Source of the DNA: a bacterium
GTDB taxonomy: Bacteria; UBP6; UBA1177; JAKLFG01
Direction of reading: 5' to 3'
DNA length: 64,000 bases
Assembly (NCBI GenBank): GCA_022709425.1
Contig: JAKLIW010000013.1
Location: 183 to 64,182 of the forward strand
Under the pieces are notes generated by a model. That model saw only the letters and a list, made by a program, of their open reading frames with translations, was not told where the DNA came from and ran no database searches. The position numbers were made by a program, and so were the translations under genes. Shown here piece by piece: positions 40,878 to 52,754 of the stretch; the first letter of the stretch is position 1, and every line of letters begins with the position of its first letter.

Positions 40878-42731
40878 TTAATCCTGTGGTGCAGGGTAGA
40901 GCATCGGCCACCGGGCGCTCCGGTAGACCCGCCAGCCTCGCAGAGCCGCGGCCGGATCGTCAATCGACAGATCGAACACCTTTTGCGACGGCCCCGCCCC
41001 ACGCGTCACTTCGATGATACGGGCGGAGATCGCGCAGTTGAGCAGATCGTCGGTCGGCGTACCGCTCGCGTCGGTGGTAATGCCGCCGAAGGTGATGAGG
41101 ATATTGCCGGTCTGCGGCAAATGATCGGCATCGCTGAGATAGGAGGAATATATCTTCTCTCCCGTATCGCCGCCCCACTCCCACACCTGCGAAACGGTCA
41201 TGGCGAACGGATCGACATCAAAAATGACGGCGCGACTCCAATTGTCGGTCGCCGGATATATGGTCTCATAGGGAAAGGCGCGATACGCGCCGTTATCGAA
41301 CAGCAATAGGGTCCCGTCATCGAGGATGGTTGGCGCATGTTGATAGTAGTTCCACGCGAAGGGATCACCGACCGGCGTGAGCAGATACGACGCCCACGGC
41401 GCATCCCAGTTATCGTGCGGGCCAAGCATCCATTTGATCAGTCCATCCGCGCGACCGATCTTCATCACTACCGATTGGTTGCGTAGCGATACGACCACCG
41501 TATCGTCGCTTTCATCGTAATAGACTGCGTTGGCATGGCTCCACTGCTTGAACATCCGTATCGAGGTGTAGCCTATCCGATAAGGATCGAGCAGATCGAG
41601 CATCAAATAGCGATGAAGCACCGTCCCATCGCGAGAGAATTCGACCGCCTCGTCGCCGGTGATGGTCGCATCGGCCGGTGCGGCGGCGGGATCGGTCTCG
41701 CTGGTGGGCCAATCGGCCACCGTCCGTTTATCGGTATCGAGTGTCAGCAGATTGCCCGAAGGCATTTCGGTGACCGCATGGTGAAAGGTCTCGACCGCGA
41801 CCGGCACGCTGAAGTCGTAAAGCGGCGTCCGTTTCTCGGGATGCCACGCGGCGGTAACGTTCCCGAGCATATCGGTCATGATGATACGGGGCAGGAACTG
41901 TATCATCAGCGATCCGTCGGCCATAAGGCCGAAATCATAACAGTCGCCCGCCGTATCGTGATAATACCAGCCGACGCGCCCCGCACTGTCTACCGCCGCC
42001 AGCAGACAGCCGAACACCCCATCGGTATTGCCATTGCCGTTCGAACGCGAGATATTAAGCAGTGTCCAGCCCGGTTCCATAGCGTCGGGTTGAGCCGAAA
42101 GTACGGTCAGCGGTGGGAAATCGGCGGGAAGCGCCGGGGCATCGAGGATGACCGGCGCTCCGGCGGCGATGTAATTGCCGCCCTCGACCTTCATTTCAAC
42201 GGTGATGGTATTGGACAGGCCGGGAAAAAGACCCAGTACCGGAAAGCTGTGGTCGGCGGTCGCAACGCCCGGAAGTTCGGCGACCCGAGCCCCCTCGGTC
42301 GAGGCGATGGTGATGCGCAGTCGCGTCGGGATATTAGTTTTCAGCGTCCCTTTCGCCGCGAGCGGCACCAACGGGTTGTCGTTGAGCGTTATCGTCGGTC
42401 CGGCGATCGTCTGTGGCAATGGCCCGGCATCGTCGTCAGTCGACAGCAGGTCATCCGCATCGACCGATCCATCGACCGGCTCATCGGACGATTCGTCGGA
42501 AAGAAGATCGGGCGACTCATCCACGAAGTCATCGGTCGCGTTGTCGACCGCGACGGGATCATCGTTTTTTGCCTGATCCGTCTGATCGGAGTGATCGGAC
42601 TGATCCGACGGATCGACCAAATCGCCGTCCGTCAGACCATCCATCTCTCCGTCGTCCCTTTCCCCATTGATTCCACCGCCGCAGGAAACGAACAACAGCA
42701 TCGATATGATGATACCCGGCCATAGACGCAT
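40878..42731 (-). CDS. Aryl-sulfate sulfotransferase (AssT family) lipoprotein with Asp-rich tether
   Basis: Lipobox FVSC; NPLVPLAA..H.FPVLGL Ig-like N-domain; FHHAVTEMPSGN, WSHAN, SLRNQS, YQHAP, DNG. Confidence 0.85.
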   Translation of the reverse strand: MRLWPGIIISMLLFVSCGGGINGERDDGEMDGLTDGDLVDPSDQSDHSDQTDQAKNDDPVAVDNATDDFVDESPDLLSDESSDEPVDGSVDADDLLSTDDDAGPLPQTIAGPTITLNDNPLVPLAAKGTLKTNIPTRLRITIASTEGARVAELPGVATADHSFPVLGLFPGLSNTITVEMKVEGGNYIAAGAPVILDAPALPADFPPLTVLSAQPDAMEPGWTLLNISRSNGNGNTDGVFGCLLAAVDSAGRVGWYYHDTAGDCYDFGLMADGSLMIQFLPRIIMTDMLGNVTAAWHPEKRTPLYDFSVPVAVETFHHAVTEMPSGNLLTLDTDKRTVADWPTSETDPAAAPADATITGDEAVEFSRDGTVLHRYLMLDLLDPYRIGYTSIRMFKQWSHANAVYYDESDDTVVVSLRNQSVVMKIGRADGLIKWMLGPHDNWDAPWASYLLTPVGDPFAWNYYQHAPTILDDGTLLLFDNGAYRAFPYETIYPATDNWSRAVIFDVDPFAMTVSQVWEWGGDTGEKIYSSYLSDADHLPQTGNILITFGGITTDASGTPTDDLLNCAISARIIEVTRGAGPSQKVFDLSIDDPAAALRGWRVYRSARWPMLYPAPQD

Positions 42732-42849
42732 ACAGCACTCCCTATACCGCTACGAAGATACGACCGACGACGCTCATTGTCAACAAGAATGGTCTCTTTT
42801 CTTGCCTCCGGCCACCGGAGCCGCTATAGTCGCGGCGACCGTACGGAGG

Positions 42850-43554
42850 ATGACCGTGAAGATATCCCTGCTCCTCGTTCTTGTCTGCCTCATGCTGCCG
42901 CTCGCGGCGCAGGAACCGGGCGAACTACCCGACACCGCCGCGCTCATCGCCAAACTGCGCGAGAAGTACGCCCCGGTCTATAAAAAGTACGCCGGTATCG
43001 AGACGACGCGCGATTTCACGACGAAGACCTACGATCCCGACACAGGGAAACTGCTCTCTACCGCCCATACCGTCGTCCGCAAGAAGGAATACTTCTACAA
43101 AGAACCCGACAGCATCGTCATCAGCCACGAGGAGAACGGCAAGAAACTTGATCCCGGCGACTACGACACCACCGAGATAGAGCCGTTCTGGCCGCTGTTC
43201 GATGACAAGAGCGCGGAGCACTACGACTTCCGCGTCTCGGGGACCGCGACGGTCGAGAACCGCCCCTGCATCATGCTCGAGGTGACCCCCAAGGGGAACG
43301 ACTACCGCCATTTCAAGGGGAACGCCTACATCACCGCCGACACCAACGAACTCCTGATGATAGAAGGAAAACCGGCCAAGTCGCACTGGGCGATGAAAGA
43401 ATTTTCGGTGAAATACCTCTACGAACCGGTCGGCGGCGGGTACTGCATGAAACGGGGCTGGTTCACCGCCCGCGTCTATGTCCTCCTCATCCGGCCCGAC
43501 CGCCGTCATGTCTATGAGGTGAAAGGCTCCGACTCGAAGCCGATCCCGAAGTGA
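42850..43554 (+). CDS. Secreted protein of unknown function (LolA/RseB-like fold possible)
   Basis: ATG after GGAGG; cleavable signal MTVKISLLLVLVCLMLPLAA; host-like codon usage. Confidence 0.7.
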   Translation: MTVKISLLLVLVCLMLPLAAQEPGELPDTAALIAKLREKYAPVYKKYAGIETTRDFTTKTYDPDTGKLLSTAHTVVRKKEYFYKEPDSIVISHEENGKKLDPGDYDTTEIEPFWPLFDDKSAEHYDFRVSGTATVENRPCIMLEVTPKGNDYRHFKGNAYITADTNELLMIEGKPAKSHWAMKEFSVKYLYEPVGGGYCMKRGWFTARVYVLLIRPDRRHVYEVKGSDSKPIPK

Positions 43555-43560
43555 CGATCG

Positions 43561-43836
43561 TTACCGCTGCTGGTCGTCCGATCCACGGATGGTGATGACG
43601 ACATCCTTTTGCTGGCGGCCCTGCGCCTGCGCCATCTCGCGGGCGGCGCGGCGGGCGAAAAAGTAGGTCTTCAGAAGCAGGAACGGCATTTTTATCAGCA
43701 TGATCGGCAACTGGACAAGGCATCCCAGACAACCGCTTGAATAGACCACCTGTTGATTAACGACCACACGCGGCGGGGCGTCACCACGCCGGTCGTCGCG
43801 CTCGATGACCTCGACCTTCTCTATCTCTTGGGGCAT
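43561..43836 (-). CDS. Small single-TM hypothetical protein
   Basis: 91 aa with a hydrophobic core GCLGCLVQLPIMLIKMPFLLL; weak SD. Confidence 0.5.
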   Translation of the reverse strand: MPQEIEKVEVIERDDRRGDAPPRVVVNQQVVYSSGCLGCLVQLPIMLIKMPFLLLKTYFFARRAAREMAQAQGRQQKDVVITIRGSDDQQR

Positions 43837-43843
43837 GGGGTTT

Positions 43844-44227
43844 TTACTTGTGCTTTTTAGTCAGTCGTTTCGCTTTCTCGTCGGCTCCGTAGGTTGCCGC
43901 TTTTTCGCGGATGATCCCGACAAGCGACCTCGTAATCGTCCCGCGCCGTAACACATTCTTCCGTGCCGCGTGGATGACCGCCAACACTTCGATCAGTTCA
44001 TCCGACATGCGATAGATGACACGATAATGCCCGTAGAGCACTTGACGGATATTCGGCTGACGGTATTCAGGGACCGATCTGCCTAAACGCGGATATTCTT
44101 CAAGCCGTTCAACCAAGGCAACGATCTGAAAAACGGTGAGTTCCGCATATGCGAGGGAATCACGGGCGATGTACTCTTTTATCCCTTCAAGGTCGACGGC
44201 CGCCGGGTCGGTCCATTCAATGCGCAT
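43844..44227 (-). CDS. RelE/ParE-family toxin
   Basis: MRIEWTDPAAVDLEGIKEYI..YPRLGRSVPE..YRVIYR..EVLAVIHAAR; overlaps the antitoxin stop. Confidence 0.9.
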   Translation of the reverse strand: MRIEWTDPAAVDLEGIKEYIARDSLAYAELTVFQIVALVERLEEYPRLGRSVPEYRQPNIRQVLYGHYRVIYRMSDELIEVLAVIHAARKNVLRRGTITRSLVGIIREKAATYGADEKAKRLTKKHK

Positions 44228-44408
44228 GGACAGAAAGCCGCTTCTTTAATTCGGCGTGTGATATCGTACGACCTTCTTCGGCCGCTTTGAGGCCGTTCTC
44301 TATTTTCCCTCTGACATAAAGTTCGTACATCAGGTCATCCCAAGATGCGTTCTTGGGCAAAGAGTCGATGACCTTCCGTGCTTTGTCGACCGCCGCTGTA
44401 GGTTCCAT
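44217..44408 (-). CDS. Type II antitoxin
   Basis: Start after GGAGG; LPKNASWDDLMYELYVRGKIENGLKAAEEGRTISHAELKKR; lies upstream of and overlaps the toxin. Confidence 0.85.
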   Translation of the reverse strand: MEPTAAVDKARKVIDSLPKNASWDDLMYELYVRGKIENGLKAAEEGRTISHAELKKRLSVHAH

Positions 44409-44433
44409 GACATCCTCCAAAAGTCGTCGGCCC

Positions 44434-44461
44434 ATTATATCGGCCTTTTATCGATAATCAA
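44434..44461 (-). promoter_or_regulatory. TA promoter with operator palindrome
   Basis: TTGATT-16 nt-TATAAT; perfect palindrome TTATCGATAA (44448-44457) overlapping the -35. Confidence 0.7.
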
Positions 44462-44482
44462 GTTAGCTGTGGTTTTCCCGCT

Positions 44483-45010
44483 CTATTTCGGCAGATAGTC
44501 AAACTCTACTTGGTTCTTTCCGTAACAGTTGTCGGCATCGAACTCTATCATAAAATGCCCCGAAATGTCCTGACGATACACATATGCGCGAACTTGCGTC
44601 AATTCCCGATCACAAACGGTCGTCGTGTAGTCCTGCATTCCAATGTACTCATACTCCACCATCCCAATGCTGGGGTTGGGTATTTTCTGCTTGTTTAGCA
44701 CATCGCATCCACTGGTCCCGCAGGGATATCCGCTGGAGCCAGTGACCAGAAGGCCATCAACAAGCGCTGCATCGTACACGCCAAGGTGAAGACGTGTCGC
44801 GACAACGATCTTCTCCCCGTTCTCGATCCGGTAAAGACGAACATTACCAGCCAAATAATCGCCGGCATCACAATATAAATAAGTACAGTTATGCTCCTCC
44901 GGCAACAGAACGGTCACCTTTCTTCCATCGATCTCCACTTTTAATGAGTCGTTGTCACAAGCCACGAAGCACAAAAGCACGGCGACAAGAATGAAAAGGT
45001 ACTTGGTCAT
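44483..45010 (-). CDS. Lipoprotein of unknown function
   Basis: MTKYLFILVAVLLCFVAC lipobox; ATG overlaps the upstream stop. Confidence 0.72.
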   Translation of the reverse strand: MTKYLFILVAVLLCFVACDNDSLKVEIDGRKVTVLLPEEHNCTYLYCDAGDYLAGNVRLYRIENGEKIVVATRLHLGVYDAALVDGLLVTGSSGYPCGTSGCDVLNKQKIPNPSIGMVEYEYIGMQDYTTTVCDRELTQVRAYVYRQDISGHFMIEFDADNCYGKNQVEFDYLPK

Positions 45011-45606
45011 GGACAATTTTCCTGTGGGATGGGTATGGTGCCGCTCCCCTGCGATAGGTCGAACGAACCTGACCAAACTGCGGTCTCCCCCTTATCTTCC
45101 GACTCATATACGACATGACGTACGACCGTTACCGGCACCACGCCCGACTCGATCCCGAGCAGTACCGTCTCGTAATCAAAAGAGCAAATACAATTTGCCG
45201 CGCCGTGGGGAAGTTCCCATTCTATGATCTTATACCCCGCCTCATCCTTGATAGCTTCAGTCTCAAGTCCGCCTTCCGCGCCGCAGTTGAGAACGATATC
45301 CTCGTGACGCACCGTCAGGCGTTGGGTCTCGGGATCATAGCTCCAATTGAGTGTTTCGTCACAGGAGGCAGCCATCCTGACCTGCGCCTTTTCGGGTTCA
45401 AAGCCGCCACAGGCACTTGTGCGCCCCTCGAACGCCACCGGCTGGATATCGTCGGTTATTGCCGCGTCATCATCGACAGTAGAATTGTCGACAGCGTTCT
45501 TGTCCGGCGGAAGCACGGCGCAGCCCTCATCGTCACCAGACGCGCAGGTCTCACATCCCACACAAAGAACAAACGCGGCAAGAAGGATGAAAAGGTACTT
45601 GGTCAT
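45007..45606 (-). CDS. Lipoprotein of unknown function with acidic linker
   Basis: MTKYLFILLAAFVLCVGC lipobox; GGAGG SD; Cys motifs CGGF, LNC, CICSF. Confidence 0.75.
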   Translation of the reverse strand: MTKYLFILLAAFVLCVGCETCASGDDEGCAVLPPDKNAVDNSTVDDDAAITDDIQPVAFEGRTSACGGFEPEKAQVRMAASCDETLNWSYDPETQRLTVRHEDIVLNCGAEGGLETEAIKDEAGYKIIEWELPHGAANCICSFDYETVLLGIESGVVPVTVVRHVVYESEDKGETAVWSGSFDLSQGSGTIPIPQENCP

Positions 45607-45654
45607 GGTCGCCTCCCCCGTGGTTTTCAGTATGGTGACAGAAACATAGACCTT

Positions 45655-46269
45655 TTATTGTTTGACATTGTTCCGCTCAGCCAGTTTCTTCATCGCTTTA
45701 TCATGGCTCTTGCTCATGAAGATGACGGCGACGGTCGCGCCGATGGTGGCGTAGAGCATGTCGGACTGGGTATCCCAGACATACCCCTGCGTACCGAGGA
45801 ACGCGTCGGCCGCCTCGCCGGTCGCCACCGCGACGCCCCACTCAAGGAACTCGTAGAGGACGCTGATAGCGGCGCACAGCGACACGACGATGACGCCGAG
45901 CCAGCCACGGCCCTTCACCACTTCGAGCCGCACCAGCAGTTCGCGGGCGATGAGCGCCGGGACGAAGCCTTGGAAGAAGTGGCCGACCTTGTCGTAGTTG
46001 TTGCGCGTCTGGTGGAAGGTGTCGCGGATCCAGTTGAACAGCGGCATCTCGGCGTAGGTGTAGTGACCGCCGATGAAGAGTATCCAGCAGTGTATCAGTA
46101 TAAAGGTATAGACGAGGTCGGTGAAACGGAATCGCTTATAGGTCGCCGCAAGGAGGCCGAACCCGATAACCGCCGGGAACACCTCCATTATCCAAGTGAA
46201 CTGGTCCTTCGGATAAATACCGGACCATATAAGCCCGATGAAGAAGGTAATGACAAACAGCCGCGACAC
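45655..46269 (-). CDS. DUF2238/YjdF-family membrane protein
   Basis: WIMEVFP, IGGHYTYAEMP, RNNYDKVGHFFQGF, YEFLEW, FLGTQGYVWDTQSDM. GTG start after GAGGTG (alternative start 46308). Confidence 0.88.
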   Translation of the reverse strand: MSRLFVITFFIGLIWSGIYPKDQFTWIMEVFPAVIGFGLLAATYKRFRFTDLVYTFILIHCWILFIGGHYTYAEMPLFNWIRDTFHQTRNNYDKVGHFFQGFVPALIARELLVRLEVVKGRGWLGVIVVSLCAAISVLYEFLEWGVAVATGEAADAFLGTQGYVWDTQSDMLYATIGATVAVIFMSKSHDKAMKKLAERNNVKQ

Positions 46270-46417
46270 GCCCACCTCTTTCAAGACAACGATGAAGGCA
46301 TTTTCCACTAATCGTGTTTGAAAGTCAATGGAAATCTTTTCCGTTTTGCGATGATTTTATTGCCAAATCCTTGAATTTTATTTATTCTGGAACGCCTATG
46401 CATCGGGAGGGAACACT

Positions 46418-48358
46418 ATGACGCGCACCGCATTAAAGACCGCGCTATTCCTAGCGCTCTGGGCGATGTTCATCGCCGCCTGTGGCAATGTCACCCTCAG
46501 CAGTAACGATAGCGATAGCCCGGCCGCAGACAATGACCAGCAGCCGTACAGTGACGACATTTTGATCGTTCCCGACATCGACGATCCATCGCCCGATGCA
46601 GGGAGCGACGATATCGCGACCGACATTCACCAGTCCGACGATGACCAGCTCATTGTTACCGACGACGATACTGTGATCGTCGACGACACTCTGCCCGACC
46701 AAGACATATCCGACGATACGCCACTCGACTCGGAGTTGGAACCGGATATCGACAATATGTCCGATATCGATGTGGACGCCGATGTCGAACTGCCGTCCGG
46801 CGACGACGACGGCGACGGTATCCCCAATAATGTCGAAGGAGCGGGAGACAAGGACCTGGACGGGCTCCCGAATTGGCTCGATCTCGATTCCGACGGCGAC
46901 GGCATACGCGATGATGATGAAGCGGGTCCCGACCCAGAGGAACCGCAGGACGGCGACGGCGACGGACACCCCGACTATCTCGACAAGGATTCCGATAATG
47001 ACGGTCTTTCGGATCATGAAGAGGTGGTGGCGGGGACCGATCCAACTCGAAAAGACACCGACAGTGACGGCGACGAGGACCTCGCAGAGATCGTCCACGG
47101 CTCCGATCCGACCGACCCGACCGACAAAATACCCGGCGAACCGACAGCTATATATGTAGTTACGCCTTATCAAGAGAACCCCGGTGAGGGCCGTACGCGT
47201 TCACTCTCCTTTTCAACCGATTTCTCGAAACTTGATGTCGCCATCCTGCTCGATCTGTCCGGTTCGATGGGGGAAGAGATGCTCGAATTGAAGAACGGCA
47301 TAAAAACCGGATTTTTCGACGGCATCGGGACGCGATTGTCGGGTGTCGATCTGTCGATGGGATTGGCCCACTTCATGGATATGGCGAACGGTCAGGTCTT
47401 TGCGGTCGATCAGAAGATGACGACCGACGCGGAGTCCCTGCAGGTCGCCGCAGAGAATCTTCCCGAAATGGCGGGGGGCACCGAACCGCATCAGGAGGTG
47501 CTCTATCAGGCGGCGACCGGAGAAGGACTGGTGGCGACATACTACACCGATCCGATGGGCATGTCGTCGGTTGACATTGACCTTCCGCCGGTCGACTGCG
47601 CGGGAGAGCCGGGGTCCATCGGCGGTCTGTGTTTCCGTAGCTCGGCCCTCGACCTTTTCATCATGATAACCGATGAGGCATTCCCCAACTTCGCCATCAA
47701 GGGCACGCCCGACTGTTCCATCAACAATCCCGTAGACGGCTGTTGGGATGCGGCTTCTCCGGGGCACACGCTCGACGATGCCATTGCCGCGATGAACGGC
47801 ATCAACGCTAAATTCATCGGGCTCGACACCGGATTCAGTTGCGACAATGTGGACCCGAACACGTATGAATGTCTCGGGACCTACACCCCACAGACGTTCG
47901 CCGGGCAGGATTACCTGCAGGTCGCGGAGGGTACCGATTCCCTTGATGGGTACGGGCAGGGCTTCTTGTATCACACCGCCGCTCCGGATGCGGTCGGCAT
48001 GGCGGAACAGCTGGCCGACGCGGTCTACGATCTCGTCACGGAGTTGTCGAAAGATGTGCGTGTCGCCGTTTCCTCCGCGCAGGAATGCGATGGGCAGAAC
48101 GCCGCTCAGTTCGTCATTTCGGCAACCCCGGAGAGCACCGATCCGGCCGATGGATATCTCTCCAAGGATGAGACTGCATTCTATGCGGTTTCACCGGGGA
48201 CGATCGTGTCGTTCGCCGTCGTCTTCAATAATCATTTTTGCGAGAACAGCGGCACCCAACCACAAATATTCACCCTTTCCCTTACCGCACTCGGCGAAGG
48301 GGCGTTGCTCTCGGAAAAGGAGATACAGATCATTGTTCCTGCCGGATCGAGTTATTAA
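46418..48358 (+). CDS. Lipoprotein: Asp-rich tether + TSP3-like DxDxDG repeats + vWA (MIDAS) domain
   Basis: Lipobox IAAC; DDDGDG, DLDG, DSDGDG, DGDGDG, DSDNDG, DTDSDG; [11 protein letters not shown] (DxSxS); GGTEP; MITDE. Confidence 0.85.
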   Translation: MTRTALKTALFLALWAMFIAACGNVTLSSNDSDSPAADNDQQPYSDDILIVPDIDDPSPDAGSDDIATDIHQSDDDQLIVTDDDTVIVDDTLPDQDISDDTPLDSELEPDIDNMSDIDVDADVELPSGDDDGDGIPNNVEGAGDKDLDGLPNWLDLDSDGDGIRDDDEAGPDPEEPQDGDGDGHPDYLDKDSDNDGLSDHEEVVAGTDPTRKDTDSDGDEDLAEIVHGSDPTDPTDKIPGEPTAIYVVTPYQENPGEGRTRSLSFSTDFSKLDVAILLDLSGSMGEEMLELKNGIKTGFFDGIGTRLSGVDLSMGLAHFMDMANGQVFAVDQKMTTDAESLQVAAENLPEMAGGTEPHQEVLYQAATGEGLVATYYTDPMGMSSVDIDLPPVDCAGEPGSIGGLCFRSSALDLFIMITDEAFPNFAIKGTPDCSINNPVDGCWDAASPGHTLDDAIAAMNGINAKFIGLDTGFSCDNVDPNTYECLGTYTPQTFAGQDYLQVAEGTDSLDGYGQGFLYHTAAPDAVGMAEQLADAVYDLVTELSKDVRVAVSSAQECDGQNAAQFVISATPESTDPADGYLSKDETAFYAVSPGTIVSFAVVFNNHFCENSGTQPQIFTLSLTALGEGALLSEKEIQIIVPAGSSY

Positions 48359-48376
48359 CGGCGTGGGGAGGCGCTC

Positions 48377-50095
48377 ATGGGCTCGTTCTTTCGTATATTA
48401 GGTATCCTGGCGGCCTTTCTCCTGTTCGCCTGCGGCAATGTCACCCTTCACAACAGCGACGGCGACAACACGACCACAGACAACGACCTACCACAAAACG
48501 ACGATACTCTGACCGTGACCGACACTGACGGATCGGTGACGCAGGACGAGGATCAACTCGTCGCCGACAACATCCAAACCGACGAGGGCGCCGACGATAC
48601 GACGGCCGACATCGATGAGCTGATCACCGACGATGACCTCGACGGCACAGCGGTCATTGACGATGACACTATCTCCGACGATGACACCAACGATGACACA
48701 CCCGTCGATACCGACTATAATATCGACGCCGATATCGTTCCCGATGCCGATGCCGATACCGACGAGACGAACCCCAACGGGGACAGCGACGGCGACGGCA
48801 TCTCCGACGAAGAGGAGGCCGTATTCGGGACCGACCCGACCAAAAAGGACACCGACGGCGACGGCGACGAGGATCTCGCCGAGGTGGTCTATGGTTCCAA
48901 CCCGACAAATGGCTCCGATACGATCCCTGAGAACGAATATTATCTGGTCCTTCCTTATGCACCGGTCATATTCAAGTCGCTTTCCCTCTCTTTCACATCG
49001 GCCATCGAAAGTATAGACGTTGCCCTGTTGGTCGATTCGTCAGGATCGATGCAGAATGAATTCTCGGCATTGAAATCGAACTTCACCACGGAAGTATTTA
49101 CCCCGGTCAGAGACCACCGGGAAGATTCGCTGTTCGGTTTGGCTACTTTCGAGTGGCAGCCACCTTTCACTATCCACGAAAGAATGACTGATGACTCCAT
49201 GGCAATGAACGAAGCATTGGCCGCTATAGGAGATGCTACGGGCGATGACGAATACGCCGCCTCCGCACTCTATCTCATGGCGACATCTTCGCCGATACAG
49301 GGAACGGTCGAGGCTTGCGTGTCGGGTTTCGGCGGATGCGAACAGACGATGATACCTGATTCGATCTTCAACTACCCGGAGGCCGACTGCATCGGAGCTT
49401 TGGGAGAGGAAGGTCGCGCCTGTTTCAGGCATCGCTCAATGCCGATATTCGTCACGATAACCGACGAGTCTCTTAAAGAGTGCCCGTTGATCGGGAACGA
49501 AACGACAAACGATGCGTGCCGTTGGTCGGTCGGCGGACCGTTCAACAAGCCCGAGGCCACCGCAGCGATGAACGCCATCGGCGCTAAATTCATAGGCATC
49601 GATACCGGATTCGACGACAACGGGGTCCTCACTGATGCGTCGCTGGAAGATTTCGGCGAGATCGGCATAGCGACCCTATCGATCGACGATGACGGCAACC
49701 CATTCCGCTATCACACCGCTACCGTCGCCGCTACCGACCTGAATTCTCTGATTGCCGATGCGGTCATCGACTTCACTACGCGGATCGATCTGGACATGCA
49801 TATCGAGGCCTATTCGACCCAACAGTGTAATGCGACACCGTTGAAAGAGTTCCTGTCAAAAGGAAAAACCTTCAAGAGCGAACCTTCCACCGGCGTTCAG
49901 GCGTATGACGAAGAGAACTTCTATTCGGTCACGCAAGGGACCTTGTTATGGTTCGAGGCACAATTCATCAATGATTTCTGCCAGAATACCAGCAATGACC
50001 CGGTCGTGTATGAACTACCGATAGAACTGCGAGGCAACGGCTCCTACATCAGCTCCCGAAGGGTGTATATCATCATCCCCCGGAACATCCCGTAA
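48377..50095 (+). CDS. Paralogous lipoprotein: Asp/Thr tether + DxDxDG repeats + vWA domain
   Basis: Lipobox LFAC; DSDGDG, DTDGDG; DVALLVDSSGS; TITDE; shares ACGNVTL and AMNxIxAKFIGxDTGF with the upstream gene. Confidence 0.85.
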   Translation: MGSFFRILGILAAFLLFACGNVTLHNSDGDNTTTDNDLPQNDDTLTVTDTDGSVTQDEDQLVADNIQTDEGADDTTADIDELITDDDLDGTAVIDDDTISDDDTNDDTPVDTDYNIDADIVPDADADTDETNPNGDSDGDGISDEEEAVFGTDPTKKDTDGDGDEDLAEVVYGSNPTNGSDTIPENEYYLVLPYAPVIFKSLSLSFTSAIESIDVALLVDSSGSMQNEFSALKSNFTTEVFTPVRDHREDSLFGLATFEWQPPFTIHERMTDDSMAMNEALAAIGDATGDDEYAASALYLMATSSPIQGTVEACVSGFGGCEQTMIPDSIFNYPEADCIGALGEEGRACFRHRSMPIFVTITDESLKECPLIGNETTNDACRWSVGGPFNKPEATAAMNAIGAKFIGIDTGFDDNGVLTDASLEDFGEIGIATLSIDDDGNPFRYHTATVAATDLNSLIADAVIDFTTRIDLDMHIEAYSTQQCNATPLKEFLSKGKTFKSEPSTGVQAYDEENFYSVTQGTLLWFEAQFINDFCQNTSNDPVVYELPIELRGNGSYISSRRVYIIIPRNIP

Positions 50096-50103
50096 CCGTC
50101 CAA

Positions 50104-50502
<399 letters not shown>

Positions 50503-50513
50503 TGCCGCCTCCC

Positions 50514-52163
<1,650 letters not shown>

Positions 52164-52280
52164 TGTTATCTCCGTATGAAAGTGAACGGTCGTGCCGGGG
52201 TGAGTCTAGATTGGTCGAACGGAAAAAGCAATGAAAAGCGGTGGAGGACTAGAACACGCATATATTGAGATGACCGTCGC

Positions 52281-52309
52281 CATAGTATCAGACCGGAAAT
52301 GAAAGTCAA
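52281..52309 (-). repeat. 29-bp direct repeat copy 1, equal to a sigma70 promoter upstream of the mutase operon
   Basis: Minus strand TTGACT-TTCATTTCCGGTCTGA-TACTAT-G, identical to 53464-53492; flanking bases differ. Confidence 0.9.
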
Positions 52310-52356
52310 ACGCTTAGTTGTCGGCGTTCCAGATAGACTTCTTTGCGATGAGGCCC

Positions 52357-52575
52357 TTATAAGCCGAGGCGCTTCCACACCTTCTCGCCCGCGATGACCG
52401 CATCGCCGGGGTCGGCCAACCTTTTCTCGGCTAGATAGATATCTAGATGGTCGAAAAAATAGCGCAACGAATCTTCGACAAGCGCATTGCGCGTCATTTC
52501 CAACTCTTTGGCTACCGATTCGATATGATTGAGCGTTTCGCTTTCAAGCGAAACCACTAACCGCTTGCGTCCCAT
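52357..52575 (-). CDS. Ribbon-helix-helix (CopG/RelB-like) protein with no adjacent toxin
   Basis: RLVVSLESETLNHIESVAKELEMTRNALVEDSL..D.YLAEKRL..EKVWKRLGL. Confidence 0.75.
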   Translation of the reverse strand: MGRKRLVVSLESETLNHIESVAKELEMTRNALVEDSLRYFFDHLDIYLAEKRLADPGDAVIAGEKVWKRLGL

Positions 52576-52578
52576 TCG

Positions 52579-52742
52579 TCAATCCTTCAGTAAAACATCC
52601 TCGTCAGTCGTATCATCATCGACCGTGGCATCGTCGTAGTCGACATAAATGTTACCGTATTTCGGCGTGGCCTCGCCGCAACTTGACGCGACGACCATCC
52701 CCAGCGCCACGACCATCAGCCGATAGAAGTGTGTTTCAACAT
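52579..52742 (-). pseudogene. Frameshifted short lipoprotein paralogue of 52755-53423
   Basis: ATG TTG AAA CAC [AC] TTC TAT CGG. Removing 2 nt gives MLKHFYRLMVVALGMVVASSCGEATPKYGNIYVDYDDATVDDDTTDEDVLLKD* (53 aa); good SD. Confidence 0.75.
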
Positions 52743-52754
52743 CTTTTTCTCCCC

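Noticed and set aside
43555-46417. Integron cassette array (TA genes plus lipoproteins)
   Set aside because: No intI and no paired RYYYAAC...GTTRRRY attC structures found. The GCTAAC near 44465 has no partner site.
46560-49000. Possible CRISPR or tandem DNA repeats in the GAC/GAT-rich stretches
   Set aside because: These are coding Asp-rich tethers and DxDxDG motifs, with no constant repeat-spacer periodicity. No cas genes are present.
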